From a virus (lineage: Duplodnaviria; Caudoviricetes), in the IMG/VR virus record IMGVR_UViG_3300033475_000011, positions 16,752 to 80,751 of that record: DNA of 64,000 nt; one strand, written 5' to 3'. The position numbers and the translations under genes were made by a program. This document shows, piece by piece, positions 53,786 to 63,310 of the stretch; within the stretch, counting starts at the first letter, position 1; the number at the start of each line of letters is the position of its first letter. Below the pieces are notes generated by a model, which saw nothing but the letters and a program-made list of their open reading frames with translations, ran no database searches and had not been told where the DNA came from.

Positions 53786-53994
53786 TCAAGACCACAATGA
53801 GGAAGGCGCGCTTCGATCACGACTGTACGGGCTGCCCGCGCACCATCTATCCCGGCGAAACCTACTACGAGCACGTCGCCTACCCGAACGACCCGGATCT
53901 AGGCAACGAGGGCTGGTGGCGAATCAAGACTTGCTTCGTATGCGAGGACAAGTACAACCTCGCCCTCGCTGCCAGGACGGGGACCTCGGCATGA
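53782..53994 (+). CDS. Zn-binding mini-protein
   Basis: RKAR..HDCTGC..I.PGE.Y..CFVC. Confidence 0.6.
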   Translation: MIKTTMRKARFDHDCTGCPRTIYPGETYYEHVAYPNDPDLGNEGWWRIKTCFVCEDKYNLALAARTGTSA

Positions 53995-54341
53995 GCGACC
54001 GTATCGACGTTGACGCCATCCTGGCGTCTCTCCCGCCCGCGTTTGATGACCCAGGCGAGAACCCGTGGGGTGGCGCCAACCTGGAGAAGTGCGGCGACCC
54101 CGCATGCCGGTGCGCTGGTTTGAGCGTCAGCAGCGCCGAAACCCGCATCCGCCAGACCCTGGGCCTGATCGCTGAGATGCGGGGCTACCAGCTCCACGAG
54201 GGTGAGCGGGACCGCCTGGACGAGATCGCCGCCGCCCTCCGCGGGGAGGAACCGGAGGAGCAGCGACAGAAGCCGTACTACCCGCACCCGACTAACCCCC
54301 CGCCTGGTCATGCTGGCGGACGACTCCCATGGGGCATCTGA
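53991..54341 (+). CDS. hypothetical protein
   Basis: ATGA coupling. Confidence 0.55.
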   Translation: MSDRIDVDAILASLPPAFDDPGENPWGGANLEKCGDPACRCAGLSVSSAETRIRQTLGLIAEMRGYQLHEGERDRLDEIAAALRGEEPEEQRQKPYYPHPTNPPPGHAGGRLPWGI

Positions 54342-54715
54342 TGGCCGCCTTCGCTGAGGAGCAGGCCGCCCGGGACGAGATCCTTGCCCGCGCTATCGCC
54401 GACGGCCACACCACTGTCCCCGGTATCGCGGACGAGTGCCGCCGCTGGTCGACCTGTGACCGCTGCGGCTGGCGCTCCCCCGAGGCCCGCTGGCTGATCG
54501 AGCAGATCAACACGGAGGACGACCACGCCGTCTTCGGCTGCACCGCCGTTGTCGAGCAGGAGCCGATCGACATCGACCTGAACCTGTGGCCCTACCCCGA
54601 GCCGTGGACTTTCACTCGCACCCTCCAGCCCCTCAACACCATCCACGTGTACCGGCCGGCGAACCCCGGTTTCGTTTCGAGTCGCACACCACAAGCAAGG
54701 AGCAAAGCGGCATGA
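54341..54715 (+). CDS. hypothetical protein
   Basis: CDRCG. Confidence 0.55.
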   Translation: MAAFAEEQAARDEILARAIADGHTTVPGIADECRRWSTCDRCGWRSPEARWLIEQINTEDDHAVFGCTAVVEQEPIDIDLNLWPYPEPWTFTRTLQPLNTIHVYRPANPGFVSSRTPQARSKAA

Positions 54716-55257
54716 ACGACATGTGGACTCTGCCGCCGTATGCAGCGCACTTTCTCAGCGACGACAACCTCTTCGCAGTCACGAAGTGGATGACAGACAA
54801 CAACATGGTGCGTGCCACCACTCAACACCTGGTTACCGTCAACAACAATGTGATCACCTACGGGCGGGATGATTCCCCGCCGGCCGTTCGCGCAGCCCAG
54901 CGTGACATCGTGACTGTCACCCGGCCCATGTTGACACCGCCACCGCCGGTGCAGCTCCCGGACCTCCAGCCGGACGAACTCGACGCGCTGATCGAGGTGT
55001 TTACCAAACACGAGTGGTCGGCAGGGTTCGGTGGGGTGTGTGTCGATTGCAGCCGCATCGAGATCTGTGACGGCAACCTGTGGTGCCGGCGTGACGACGC
55101 CGCCTCGTGGCCCTGCGAGACCGTTCGGGAAGCGATGCGCAAGGCTGGGCTTAGTGTCCCCGGCGAGCCGGATCGTCCGATACGGATCCTGGGTGATTGT
55201 CTCAGTGAGCGCGACAACGAACGCGTATTCGGCCTGTCGGCTCGGGAGTCGGCGTGA
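54712..55257 (+). CDS. hypothetical protein
   Basis: CVDC..WPCET. Confidence 0.55.
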   Translation: MNDMWTLPPYAAHFLSDDNLFAVTKWMTDNNMVRATTQHLVTVNNNVITYGRDDSPPAVRAAQRDIVTVTRPMLTPPPPVQLPDLQPDELDALIEVFTKHEWSAGFGGVCVDCSRIEICDGNLWCRRDDAASWPCETVREAMRKAGLSVPGEPDRPIRILGDCLSERDNERVFGLSARESA

Positions 55258-56552
55258 ACGTCTCATACACCGAGTTCCTCGCACGGAAAAAGGCCACAGT
55301 AACCGCGTCCGGCCGCAATGTTGATCCAGGCGATGTGCATCCGATGCTGCACCAGTGGCAGGCGGAGATCGTGCAGTGGGCGGTGCAGGTCGGGCGCGCC
55401 GCAATCTGGGCGGACACGGGGCTAGGGAAGACCTTCCTCAGCCTCGAATGGGCGCGGTTGTCCGGCGACACCGCCCTCATCGTCGCCCCTCTCGCCGTGT
55501 GCCAGCAGACGGTTCGGGAGGCCGCGAAACTCGGGACCACGGTCCGCTACGTCCGCAGCGGTGCAGAGATCACGGGTCCCGGAATCTGGATCACCAACTA
55601 TGAGATGGTCTCCAACTTCGACCCCGCCATGATCGACGCCGTTGTACTGGACGAATCGAGCATCCTCAAGAACTCGGACGGCAAGACCCGGAACCTGCTC
55701 ATCAAGCATTTCGCGGCTGTTCCCGCCCGCCTGTCGTGCACGGCCACGCCGGCCCCGAACGATCCCGAGGAGCTCACCTCGCAAGCCGAGTTCCTCGGTC
55801 ATTCGACCAGAACCAACATGCTGGCCGCCTATTTCGTCCACGACGCGGATGGGTGGCGCATGAAGGGCCACGCCCGCGGCCCGATGTTCCGATGGATGGC
55901 GACATGGGCGCTCGCTATCCGGAAGCCATCAGACATGGGCTACCCAGACGAAGGTTACATGCTGCCCGGGTTGGAGATCGCTCCGCATCTGCTGTCGGTA
56001 GAGGTTGAAGCGGAAGGACAGTTGTTCGCCACAGACCTCGGTGGCGTCGGCGGCCGGGCGAAGATCCGCAAGCAGACGATGGAAGCCCGCTGCAAGCGCG
56101 CGGCGGAACTGGTTCTGTCCGAGCCCGCCGAGCCGTGGCTGATCTGGTGCGGGCTCAACGATGAAGCCGAACTACTCGCCGAACTGACCGGCGCGGTGAA
56201 CATCCACGGTGGGCTTTCACCTGAAGACAAGGCGGCCGGCCTCCTCGGTTTCGCCGATGGTGAGATCACGCGGCTGGTCACCAAGCCATCCCTTGCCGCG
56301 TTCGGGCTCAACTGGCAGCACTGTGCCCGCATGGTCTTCGTTGGCCTGTCCGACTCCTACGAGTCCTACTACCAGTCCATCCGCCGCTGCTACCGGTACG
56401 GCCAAACCAGGGTCGTTCAAGCACACATCGTGCTCTCCGAACTTGAATCCGCTATTGCCGCGAACGTCAGACGTAAGGAACGCGAGGCCAGCAACGTAAC
56501 CGCCCATCTCGTAGATGCGATGCAGTCTGCGCGAACGGAGATTGCGGCATGA
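55254..56552 (+). CDS. SNF2-like SF2 helicase
   Basis: ADTGLGKT, VVLDESS, TATPAPND, GLNWQ, QSIRRCYRYGQ. Confidence 0.92.
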   Translation: MNVSYTEFLARKKATVTASGRNVDPGDVHPMLHQWQAEIVQWAVQVGRAAIWADTGLGKTFLSLEWARLSGDTALIVAPLAVCQQTVREAAKLGTTVRYVRSGAEITGPGIWITNYEMVSNFDPAMIDAVVLDESSILKNSDGKTRNLLIKHFAAVPARLSCTATPAPNDPEELTSQAEFLGHSTRTNMLAAYFVHDADGWRMKGHARGPMFRWMATWALAIRKPSDMGYPDEGYMLPGLEIAPHLLSVEVEAEGQLFATDLGGVGGRAKIRKQTMEARCKRAAELVLSEPAEPWLIWCGLNDEAELLAELTGAVNIHGGLSPEDKAAGLLGFADGEITRLVTKPSLAAFGLNWQHCARMVFVGLSDSYESYYQSIRRCYRYGQTRVVQAHIVLSELESAIAANVRRKEREASNVTAHLVDAMQSARTEIAA

Positions 56553-56953
56553 CCGAATGCCTTGAATGGACAGGAGCCAAAGACTCTAGCGGGTACGGAA
56601 TCCGCCGAATCAATGGCCGGAATTTCTCCGTGCATCGGCTGGCATGGATTGAGGCATACGGGCCACCTCCAGCCAGCGCGCCGCTTGTGCCGCATCGGTG
56701 CGATAACCCGCCGTGCTACCTGATAGATCATCTGTTCGTCGGGACTGTTGCAGACAACGTGGCCGATCGAGAAGCCAAGGGACGTGGGGTCAACCTCCCT
56801 GCTGCCAATAACGCCATCAAAACGCGTTGCCCAGCCGGGCATACGTACTCACCAGAGAACACGCGCACTCGGAACGGCAAGCGCTATTGCAAGGCCTGCG
56901 ATCGAGATCGAAAGCGGGAATCCCGTGCACGACAGCAACAGGAGGCAGCATGA
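56549..56953 (+). CDS. HNH homing endonuclease
   Basis: CLEWTG..GYG..VHRLAW..HRCDNPPC..HL..GT..DN; KTRCPAGH..RYCKAC. Confidence 0.85.
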   Translation: MTECLEWTGAKDSSGYGIRRINGRNFSVHRLAWIEAYGPPPASAPLVPHRCDNPPCYLIDHLFVGTVADNVADREAKGRGVNLPAANNAIKTRCPAGHTYSPENTRTRNGKRYCKACDRDRKRESRARQQQEAA

Positions 56954-57909
56954 TCGACGACTACCAGACCGCCGACGACCACGGCGAGAACTGGACACTA
57001 CTGCTCGGTGACTCGTGTGAACGCATGGCGGAGATCCCCGACGACTTGGTTGACCTGTCTGTGTGCTCTCCGCCGTTCGACAGCCTGTACACGTACTCGC
57101 CATCGATGCGCGACTTGGGAAACTCTGCTAATCGGGTCGAGTTCCTCGACCACTACCGCTACATCGTGGAGCACCAGTTGCGGGTCACCAAACCCGGCCG
57201 CAACGCCTGCGTCCACGTCCAGCAGATCGCCACCAAGAAGGCTGTCGACGGGTTCATCGGACTCACTGACTTCCGGGGCGATGTTATCCGCCTCTTCCAA
57301 GAGGTCGGCTGGATCTTCTACGGCGAGGTCACTGTGTGGAAAGACCCACAGGCCCAGTCGATCAGGACGAAGGCGCACGCCCTCGCCTTTGCCACCAAGA
57401 ACCGCGACAGTTCCAAGACCCGGCCCGCGCTCGCCGACTATCTGCTGATCTTCAAGAAGCCCGGCGACAACGCGATGCCGATCCCCCACGACGCCACCAA
57501 GGGGGAGGTCACCAACGACGACTGGATCGAGTGGGCGTCCCCGATCTGGTTCGACCGCTCCACGACCGCAGACGACATCGGTGGCGATCATCTATGCCCA
57601 GTGTGGGTCGACATCAAAGAAACCAACACGCTCAACGTTCGCGCCGGCCGGGAGGACGCCGACGAGCGCCACATCTGCCCACTTCAGCTCGACTTCATCG
57701 AACGCTGCGTGCGCCTGTGGTCCAACCCCGGGGAGACGGTCCTGACCCCGTTTCTCGGCATCGGATCGGAGGTCTACACGGCGGTGAAGCTCGGACGCCG
57801 GGGCATCGGTATCGAACTGAAGCCGTCCTACTGGCAGACAGCGGTGAACAACCTGCGCCGCCTCGACGACGAGATGTCCACTCCGACTTTGTTCGGAGAC
57901 GCCGCATGA
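56950..57909 (+). CDS. DNA amino-methyltransferase (N4C/N6A, beta class)
   Basis: CSPPF motif IV precedes PFLGIGS motif I. Confidence 0.9.
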   Translation: MIDDYQTADDHGENWTLLLGDSCERMAEIPDDLVDLSVCSPPFDSLYTYSPSMRDLGNSANRVEFLDHYRYIVEHQLRVTKPGRNACVHVQQIATKKAVDGFIGLTDFRGDVIRLFQEVGWIFYGEVTVWKDPQAQSIRTKAHALAFATKNRDSSKTRPALADYLLIFKKPGDNAMPIPHDATKGEVTNDDWIEWASPIWFDRSTTADDIGGDHLCPVWVDIKETNTLNVRAGREDADERHICPLQLDFIERCVRLWSNPGETVLTPFLGIGSEVYTAVKLGRRGIGIELKPSYWQTAVNNLRRLDDEMSTPTLFGDAA

Positions 57910-58073
57910 GCACCTAGCACCGCTTTCGTCGGGGACCGTCTATCCACCTTCTAGTACGAGGAATCTCCTTCACATGATCTTGCACGGTCCTGCATCCCAG
58001 GACGACCCCGAGTCCGCGACCACAGCCGTGGTTGCCGGGATGCTCGCGCGCGCCGCCACGAAGTCAGGTGGCG

Positions 58074-58346
58074 ATGGCCACCAATGAGCGCGTCGACATT
58101 ACCGGCCCAACAGCAGACGCCTGGGCCGCCGCAGCACGGTGGGCAAGCAGTGATCCTGCCGCTGCGGAAAACATGGCAGTCCTCGCCGAACTCGGCGAAC
58201 TCCTCGACAGCGGGCGCACAGACCCCGAGCTCGAAGAAGAGTGCCGCGAACTACTCGCCCGCTCCATCCGGCTCTGCGAACTCTCCGACAAGCACTGGGA
58301 GCAGCAGTGGGCGCTCGCGTGGGCACGGAGGGGGAACTGTGGCTAA
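58074..58346 (+). CDS. hypothetical protein
   Basis: Overlaps the rep start. Confidence 0.5.
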   Translation: MATNERVDITGPTADAWAAAARWASSDPAAAENMAVLAELGELLDSGRTDPELEEECRELLARSIRLCELSDKHWEQQWALAWARRGNCG

Positions 58347-59292
58347 GAAGCTCAACGCCCGTACATGGGCGCGGCAACTCCCCAAACCGGTCCGCAATGG
58401 CCGCTTCTACCGTCTGGGTGGGCATGTGGCGCAGGTGCTGGCCGGCCACGCCCACCTGGATGGTGCGGGCATCACTGTCGCTATGAGGACTCTCGCGGAG
58501 GAGACGTGGTGCACCCTCAATGAGATCGAGGAAGCCCTGGCGTGGCTGGAGGAAGAGAAGTGGTTCACCCGCGTTGACAGCGTGAATGGCGTCGAGTGGG
58601 TGTGCAACTTCGAGATCGTCCGCAGCGGGGGTCCGTCTGAGATTGATGAGCGGTTGGAGCGTAAGCGTGCGCAGGGACGGGCGCGTTGGCATCGGTTGCA
58701 GGAGCGTCGCCGTGGCGATCAGGGCGTTAGTGAGGTGCGTGAGTCTGCGTTAGTAGGGTGCGTTAGTGAGCGTGAGCAACTAACGCACCCTACTAACGAA
58801 CTAACGCAGGCGACTAACGCAACTAACGCACCCAACAAACGCTTAGCGTTAGTAGGGGGCGTTAGAACCCCAGGTCACAGCCCCGAAGTACCTAAGAAGG
58901 AAAAGAAAGAAGTACCAGAAGGAAAAGAACTCCGATCGGCTGACGCCGATCGGCAGGAGTCCTTCTTCGAAGTCGCATCCCCAGAGAAGCCCGAGAAGCA
59001 GCCGAAGGCGCCAGCCCCGGCTCACGTCCTCGCCGATCGCTACTACCAAGCAACAGACCGGAACGGCAAGTTCATCGCCAAACGTCAGACAGTCGCGAAA
59101 GCGCTGGAGAAGTACCCCTACGAAGACGTGGAACGAGCGGTCGACATCCTCTGCCATAACCTCAACTACAGCTTCTCCGTCGAGAACATCTACAAGGCGA
59201 TGACTGGCGCCGTTGGGCCACGCCGAAAACAACATCGCCCGTTCCAGTCCGCCGACCACGACTACACCGACCATGGAGGCTTCGGTGCTTGA
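58339..59292 (+). CDS. Replication initiator (lambda O-like, wHTH)
   Basis: GGAGG SD, GTG 58339; MRTLAEETWCTLNEIEEALAWLEEEKW; internal iterons; upstream of the loader and DnaB. Confidence 0.75.
   Translation: MAKKLNARTWARQLPKPVRNGRFYRLGGHVAQVLAGHAHLDGAGITVAMRTLAEETWCTLNEIEEALAWLEEEKWFTRVDSVNGVEWVCNFEIVRSGGPSEIDERLERKRAQGRARWHRLQERRRGDQGVSEVRESALVGCVSEREQLTHPTNELTQATNATNAPNKRLALVGGVRTPGHSPEVPKKEKKEVPEGKELRSADADRQESFFEVASPEKPEKQPKAPAPAHVLADRYYQATDRNGKFIAKRQTVAKALEKYPYEDVERAVDILCHNLNYSFSVENIYKAMTGAVGPRRKQHRPFQSADHDYTDHGGFGA
58724..58865. repeat. Iteron cluster, probable replication origin
   Basis: About 10 GCGTTAG/CTAACGC units; perfect 20-bp inverted repeat 58748-58767/58779-58798. Confidence 0.75.
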
Positions 59293-59974
59293 CCTCGACG
59301 AACTACTCACCGGTGCTCTCCTTGCAGCTTGGATCGACGAAGCCGCAGCCGAGTACCCGGGCGCCGATGACATCGAAGCCAAAGCCCGCGGACTGTTCGC
59401 CAGGTCCCTGCGTGACTTCCGACTCGCCCGCGACGAGCGGGTCTCGGTCGACGACGTGATTCCCCGCCGCTACGCCACCGCCACCGTCACCCACCCCAAA
59501 GTGGTGTCCTGGGCGGCCACTGTCGCGCGAAACTGGCTTCACCCGACACCCATCAAGACCGGGCCGAGTTTGATCCTCTCCGGGCCACCTGGGCGTGGAA
59601 AAACACACGAGGTGTACGCCGCCCGCAAGTGGTTCTACGACATCGGCGTCCCAGTGTCGTGGACCATCACCACCGCTGCGGACCTCAACGGCGCCCTCCG
59701 CCGCTTCGACGGGGTCGACGCAAGGGACTACGCCAAAGCCGCATTGCTCGCCATCGACGACCTCGGGGCCGGCAACCACACCCAGTTCAACGACGACACC
59801 CTGTACCGCATCGTCAACCACCGGTACGAGAACGAACTACCCACCCTGATCACCACGAACCTTCCCGGCAAGGAGATCCAACCCGTTTTCGGTGAACGTA
59901 TCGCCGCCCGGCTTCGGGAGATGTGCGACTTCGCCGCGTGGACCATGAACGACCAGGACTGGAGGGCGAAGTGA
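59285..59974 (+). CDS. DnaC/IstB-like helicase loader
   Basis: SGPPGRGKT; LAIDDLG; PTLITTN; RIAARLREM. Confidence 0.9.
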   Translation: MLDLDELLTGALLAAWIDEAAAEYPGADDIEAKARGLFARSLRDFRLARDERVSVDDVIPRRYATATVTHPKVVSWAATVARNWLHPTPIKTGPSLILSGPPGRGKTHEVYAARKWFYDIGVPVSWTITTAADLNGALRRFDGVDARDYAKAALLAIDDLGAGNHTQFNDDTLYRIVNHRYENELPTLITTNLPGKEIQPVFGERIAARLREMCDFAAWTMNDQDWRAK

Positions 59975-61251
59975 CCGACCCGATGGTGGTGCTCAACCCC
60001 GTCGACGACGAGCGGTACCTGGCGTCGCTGTTGCTGTCCATCACTGCCCGCAGCCTTCGCGAGGACGCGCTGGAGAAGGTCCAGCCGGACGATTTCTGCT
60101 CCGGCAACCTCGGTGGCCTGTGGGGGGTGGCGCAGAAGCTGCACGTCAACGGCAAGAAGATCGACAAACGGTCGTTGATCGCAGCGTCCGAGTCGTCTGG
60201 TACCCCGAAACTGCTGTGGGATTTGGAGAAGCTTGGGCCGCCGGCCGCGGGTGACTATCCCCAAGCTCTCGCTGAGGTGCAGCGCTGCGGCCGGCTACGG
60301 CGCCTGTGTGAGTCTCTTCAACGCTCGATGCAGCGTGCTCTCACTGCCGAGGAGTACTCCGAGGCTGTCGCGGTGGCCTATGAGGAATTGGGGAAACTCG
60401 ACGCAGCCGACGACACAGCGTTGAACCAACGGTTGGACGTGTTGCTCGGGAGGCTTGAGGACTCGTTCCGCAGCCGCACCGACTATCAGATCATCGAGAC
60501 CCCGTGGCCGGACCTGAACCGCCACATCTCCGGCGGTCTGCACCCTGGCCGGTTCTATGTGGTCGGAGCGCGACCGGGCAATGGGAAGTCTATTGCCGCG
60601 CACAACATGGCTGAGTACGCCGCGTCGAAGGGGCGCGTCGCCCAGGTGTTCTCGGTTGAGATGGGCGGCATCGAGGTAGCTGGCCGCATCGCCTCTGCTG
60701 CCATGTCGATCGACATGGGTGAGATCTCCCGGCGGGAACTGTCGGACTACTCGTGGTACCAGTTCCAGCAGTACCGCGAGACGGCCGTCAACTACGAACT
60801 CTATGTGGATGAGTCACCAGAACTGTCGATCGGTCATGTGTGGTCCGTGTGCCGCGCGCGCAAACGCCAGACCGGGCTGGACGTGGTGGTGGTGGACTAC
60901 CTCCAGTTGGTGAAGGGGGATGTGAAGGTGCCGCGGGAGCAGCAGGTCGCGTCGATCTCCCGCAGCTGCAAGCAGCTTTCTCGGGAGCTTCAGTGCGCTG
61001 TGGTGGTGCCGACTCAGCTGAACCGGAAGGCCACCGATCGGGACAAGGCTTCGATGTCTGATCTGCGGGAGTCGGGCGCGATCGAGCAGGACTCCGACGT
61101 GATCATCATGTTGGCTCGGCAGTACGCGGACGACGGTGACATGAAGGGTGTGCCGAACGGGATGGTGTCCGTGGACATCCCAAAGAACCGGCACGGGCAG
61201 GAAGCCTCGTTCGAGCTGCCGTTCCGCGGGCACTATTCGCGTATCGGCTGA
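59971..61251 (+). CDS. dnaB: Replicative DNA helicase
   Basis: GARPGNGKS, FSVEM, VVVDYLQL, QLNR, LRESGAIEQDSD, KNRHG. Confidence 0.95.
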   Translation: MTDPMVVLNPVDDERYLASLLLSITARSLREDALEKVQPDDFCSGNLGGLWGVAQKLHVNGKKIDKRSLIAASESSGTPKLLWDLEKLGPPAAGDYPQALAEVQRCGRLRRLCESLQRSMQRALTAEEYSEAVAVAYEELGKLDAADDTALNQRLDVLLGRLEDSFRSRTDYQIIETPWPDLNRHISGGLHPGRFYVVGARPGNGKSIAAHNMAEYAASKGRVAQVFSVEMGGIEVAGRIASAAMSIDMGEISRRELSDYSWYQFQQYRETAVNYELYVDESPELSIGHVWSVCRARKRQTGLDVVVVDYLQLVKGDVKVPREQQVASISRSCKQLSRELQCAVVVPTQLNRKATDRDKASMSDLRESGAIEQDSDVIIMLARQYADDGDMKGVPNGMVSVDIPKNRHGQEASFELPFRGHYSRIG

Positions 61252-61253
61252 AT

Positions 61254-61299
61254 CTAGTACACAGAACTAGTTGTACTAGCCTTCACTGGTCGCTATGCT
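61254..61299 (+). promoter_or_regulatory. Promoter sharing the XRE-locus motif
   Basis: ACTAGTTGTACTAGCC at 61266-61281; TTGTAC-N17-TATGCT. Confidence 0.7.
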
Positions 61300-61332
61300 G
61301 GTATCAACCATCGCAGAGGGGAAGTGGCCCAA

Positions 61333-61479
61333 ATGGGGCTCATCAGATCGTTCAAGGCCGCGCAGAAAACCGTGCGTGAGGTCGAGCAGTGGGGCCGCGA
61401 CACCAAGGCCTACGCGGAGGAGCAGCGGGTGAAGCGCGGCGAGAAGCCCGCCCCCAACCCCAAGGGTGGCCGGAGATGA
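61333..61479 (+). CDS. 48-aa basic protein
   Basis: GAGGGG SD; ATGA-coupled downstream. Confidence 0.55.
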   Translation: MGLIRSFKAAQKTVREVEQWGRDTKAYAEEQRVKRGEKPAPNPKGGRR

Positions 61480-61727
61480 GCTACCAGTCCCCGCTCGAAC
61501 ACCCCCTGGTCATTGAGGCGATCGCCCGCGCCTACGCATGCGGTCGACACGACCAGCACCTTCGAGAGTCCCTGCACGTGCCGGGGCATCTGCCGTTGAG
61601 TGACGTGTTCGCGATCCGCGCGAGGGACGCCCGCGCCCACAGCGCCGACCATGCACCCCTGTTCGACTCCATGGCCGGTATCGAGCTTCCGACGCCGTCT
61701 ACGCCTGGTCTCTCCGAGGCGGCGTGA
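61476..61727 (+). CDS. hypothetical protein
   Basis: Coupled. Confidence 0.55.
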   Translation: MSYQSPLEHPLVIEAIARAYACGRHDQHLRESLHVPGHLPLSDVFAIRARDARAHSADHAPLFDSMAGIELPTPSTPGLSEAA

Positions 61728-61885
61728 TGTCGGAACCCAAACACGTGCGGGAGGTCCTGGTCGAACTGCTGGCCACGTGGCGGTCGGACATCCGGTCGGT
61801 GCCGCTGAGGCATGTCGATGAGGCCGCCGTGACGGAAGCGCGGGAAGCGATCCAGTCCCGCGAGGAAACCGAGGCACAGGCATGA
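61727..61885 (+). CDS. 52-aa hypothetical protein
   Basis: TGATG and ATGA overlaps. Confidence 0.5.
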   Translation: MSEPKHVREVLVELLATWRSDIRSVPLRHVDEAAVTEAREAIQSREETEAQA

Positions 61886-62649
61886 CCCGGGATGTCCCGC
61901 GACACAACCACGACCGGCCGCGGCTGCTGGACCTGTACTGCCGCAAGGGTGGCGCCGCCATGGGCTACATCCGCGCAGGCTTCGACGTCGTCGGCGTCGA
62001 CATCGAAGACCACGCCGACGGCTACCCCGGCACCTTCGTGCAGGGGGACGCCATCGAGTACGCCAAGCAGCGTGGCCACGAGTTCGCCGCCATCCATGCC
62101 TCGCCGCCGTGTCAAGGTCAGATCGCCATCACCGCCGGCAACCGCGCCCGCAAAGGTTGGATCGACAACCACGTCAACCTGATCCCCGACACCCGCGAAG
62201 CGCTTGACGCCGTCGGCCAGCCGTACGTGATCGAGAACGGGCCGTCCGAACACCTGAGGCCGGACCTGACTCTATGCGGGCTGACCTTCGGGCTGCCGAC
62301 CTTCCGGCACCGGTACTTCGAGCTCGGGAACTGGACGGCTACGCCACCCGAACATGTGTCCCACCGCGGCCACCTCACCGTCGGCTGGCGGCACGGCTGC
62401 CTGCGCACCGTCGAGCCCAGCGTCTGCCCGAAGCACGACCGCTGGTGCCGCGGCACCGTCTACGGCGTCTACGGCCAAGGCGGCGGCAAACCGTCCGTGC
62501 CGCAAGCCCAGGCCGCGCTCGGCATCGACTGGATGACCGACATCGACGACCTCAACGAAGCCATCCCGCCCGCCTACACCGAGTACATCGGCCGGCAGCT
62601 CATCTGCCACCTGATGCCCCAGCAACTCGGGCTCTGGCCCGCCGCGTGA
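61882..62649 (+). CDS. Short C5-cytosine DNA methyltransferase-like protein
   Basis: LLDLYCRKGG (motif I variant), GVDI, HASPPCQ, VIEN, RHRYFE. Confidence 0.8.
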   Translation: MTRDVPRHNHDRPRLLDLYCRKGGAAMGYIRAGFDVVGVDIEDHADGYPGTFVQGDAIEYAKQRGHEFAAIHASPPCQGQIAITAGNRARKGWIDNHVNLIPDTREALDAVGQPYVIENGPSEHLRPDLTLCGLTFGLPTFRHRYFELGNWTATPPEHVSHRGHLTVGWRHGCLRTVEPSVCPKHDRWCRGTVYGVYGQGGGKPSVPQAQAALGIDWMTDIDDLNEAIPPAYTEYIGRQLICHLMPQQLGLWPAA

Positions 62650-62697
62650 CCCCCCCCCCCACCCACCTGTCCGTCCACACCACCCACGGAGACACAC

Positions 62698-63021
62698 ATG
62701 CCCAGTGACCATGCTCAGCACGATCAGCTTGTCGCGATCATTCGCGACGCCCTGGTAGCCGACGAAGCCGCAGCCGGGATCCTCGACACCGGGTACCGCC
62801 GGGTGTCCGCCGACGACGCCACCGTGGAGGCGGCCAAGGTCGATGCAGTGAGGGCGCGCGCGGACTTCGTGGATCAGTACTGCACGCGCCGCGCCAACCA
62901 CCGGGAGGGCGACTTCACCCCGGAGCAGTACGAAGCCTGGCAGCGGGAGGCCACCGATGGGTGGACGCTGCGCTACCCCGGCTTGGCCGCGATCGCCGCT
63001 GTCCGGGGCGGTGAGGCGTGA
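62698..63021 (+). CDS. hypothetical protein
   Basis: GGAG SD. Confidence 0.6.
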   Translation: MPSDHAQHDQLVAIIRDALVADEAAAGILDTGYRRVSADDATVEAAKVDAVRARADFVDQYCTRRANHREGDFTPEQYEAWQREATDGWTLRYPGLAAIAAVRGGEA

Positions 63022-63206
63022 TGGCCGCCCCGGATGGCCGCGCCTTGAAGCTGCTCGCCGATCTGGTTGACGCCGATCCGTGCTGGTTCGACCACAACGG
63101 CGATTGCCAGGCCCACGGGTTCTTCGGCCTGCGCTACAGCGGCCAGAACTGTGCCCATCAGGACGCCAAAGACCTTCTCGACGAGATGGGAGTTGAGTGG
63201 AAGTGA
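63018..63206 (+). CDS. Cys/His mini-protein (paralog of 49333..49530)
   Basis: CWFDHNGDCQAHG. Confidence 0.65.
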   Translation: MMAAPDGRALKLLADLVDADPCWFDHNGDCQAHGFFGLRYSGQNCAHQDAKDLLDEMGVEWK

Positions 63207-63310
63207 CCATTCCGCCCGCCCCAGATGGCCGCAGAGCGCCTGAAACCGCTTCCCCAGTGTCATCCATCCAACCCGGCCCCAACGGGCCTCAAAACCGCGA
63301 GGAGAAGACC

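Noticed and set aside
57906-57917. ATG-AGC-ACC-TAG micro-ORF coupled to the MTase stop
   Set aside because: Probably a deletion scar; too short to support a function
15160-58860. bldA-type control through TTA codons
   Set aside because: TTA occurs in ssgA-like and rep but is also scattered through head and tail genes; host genus is unknown, so no pattern can be claimed
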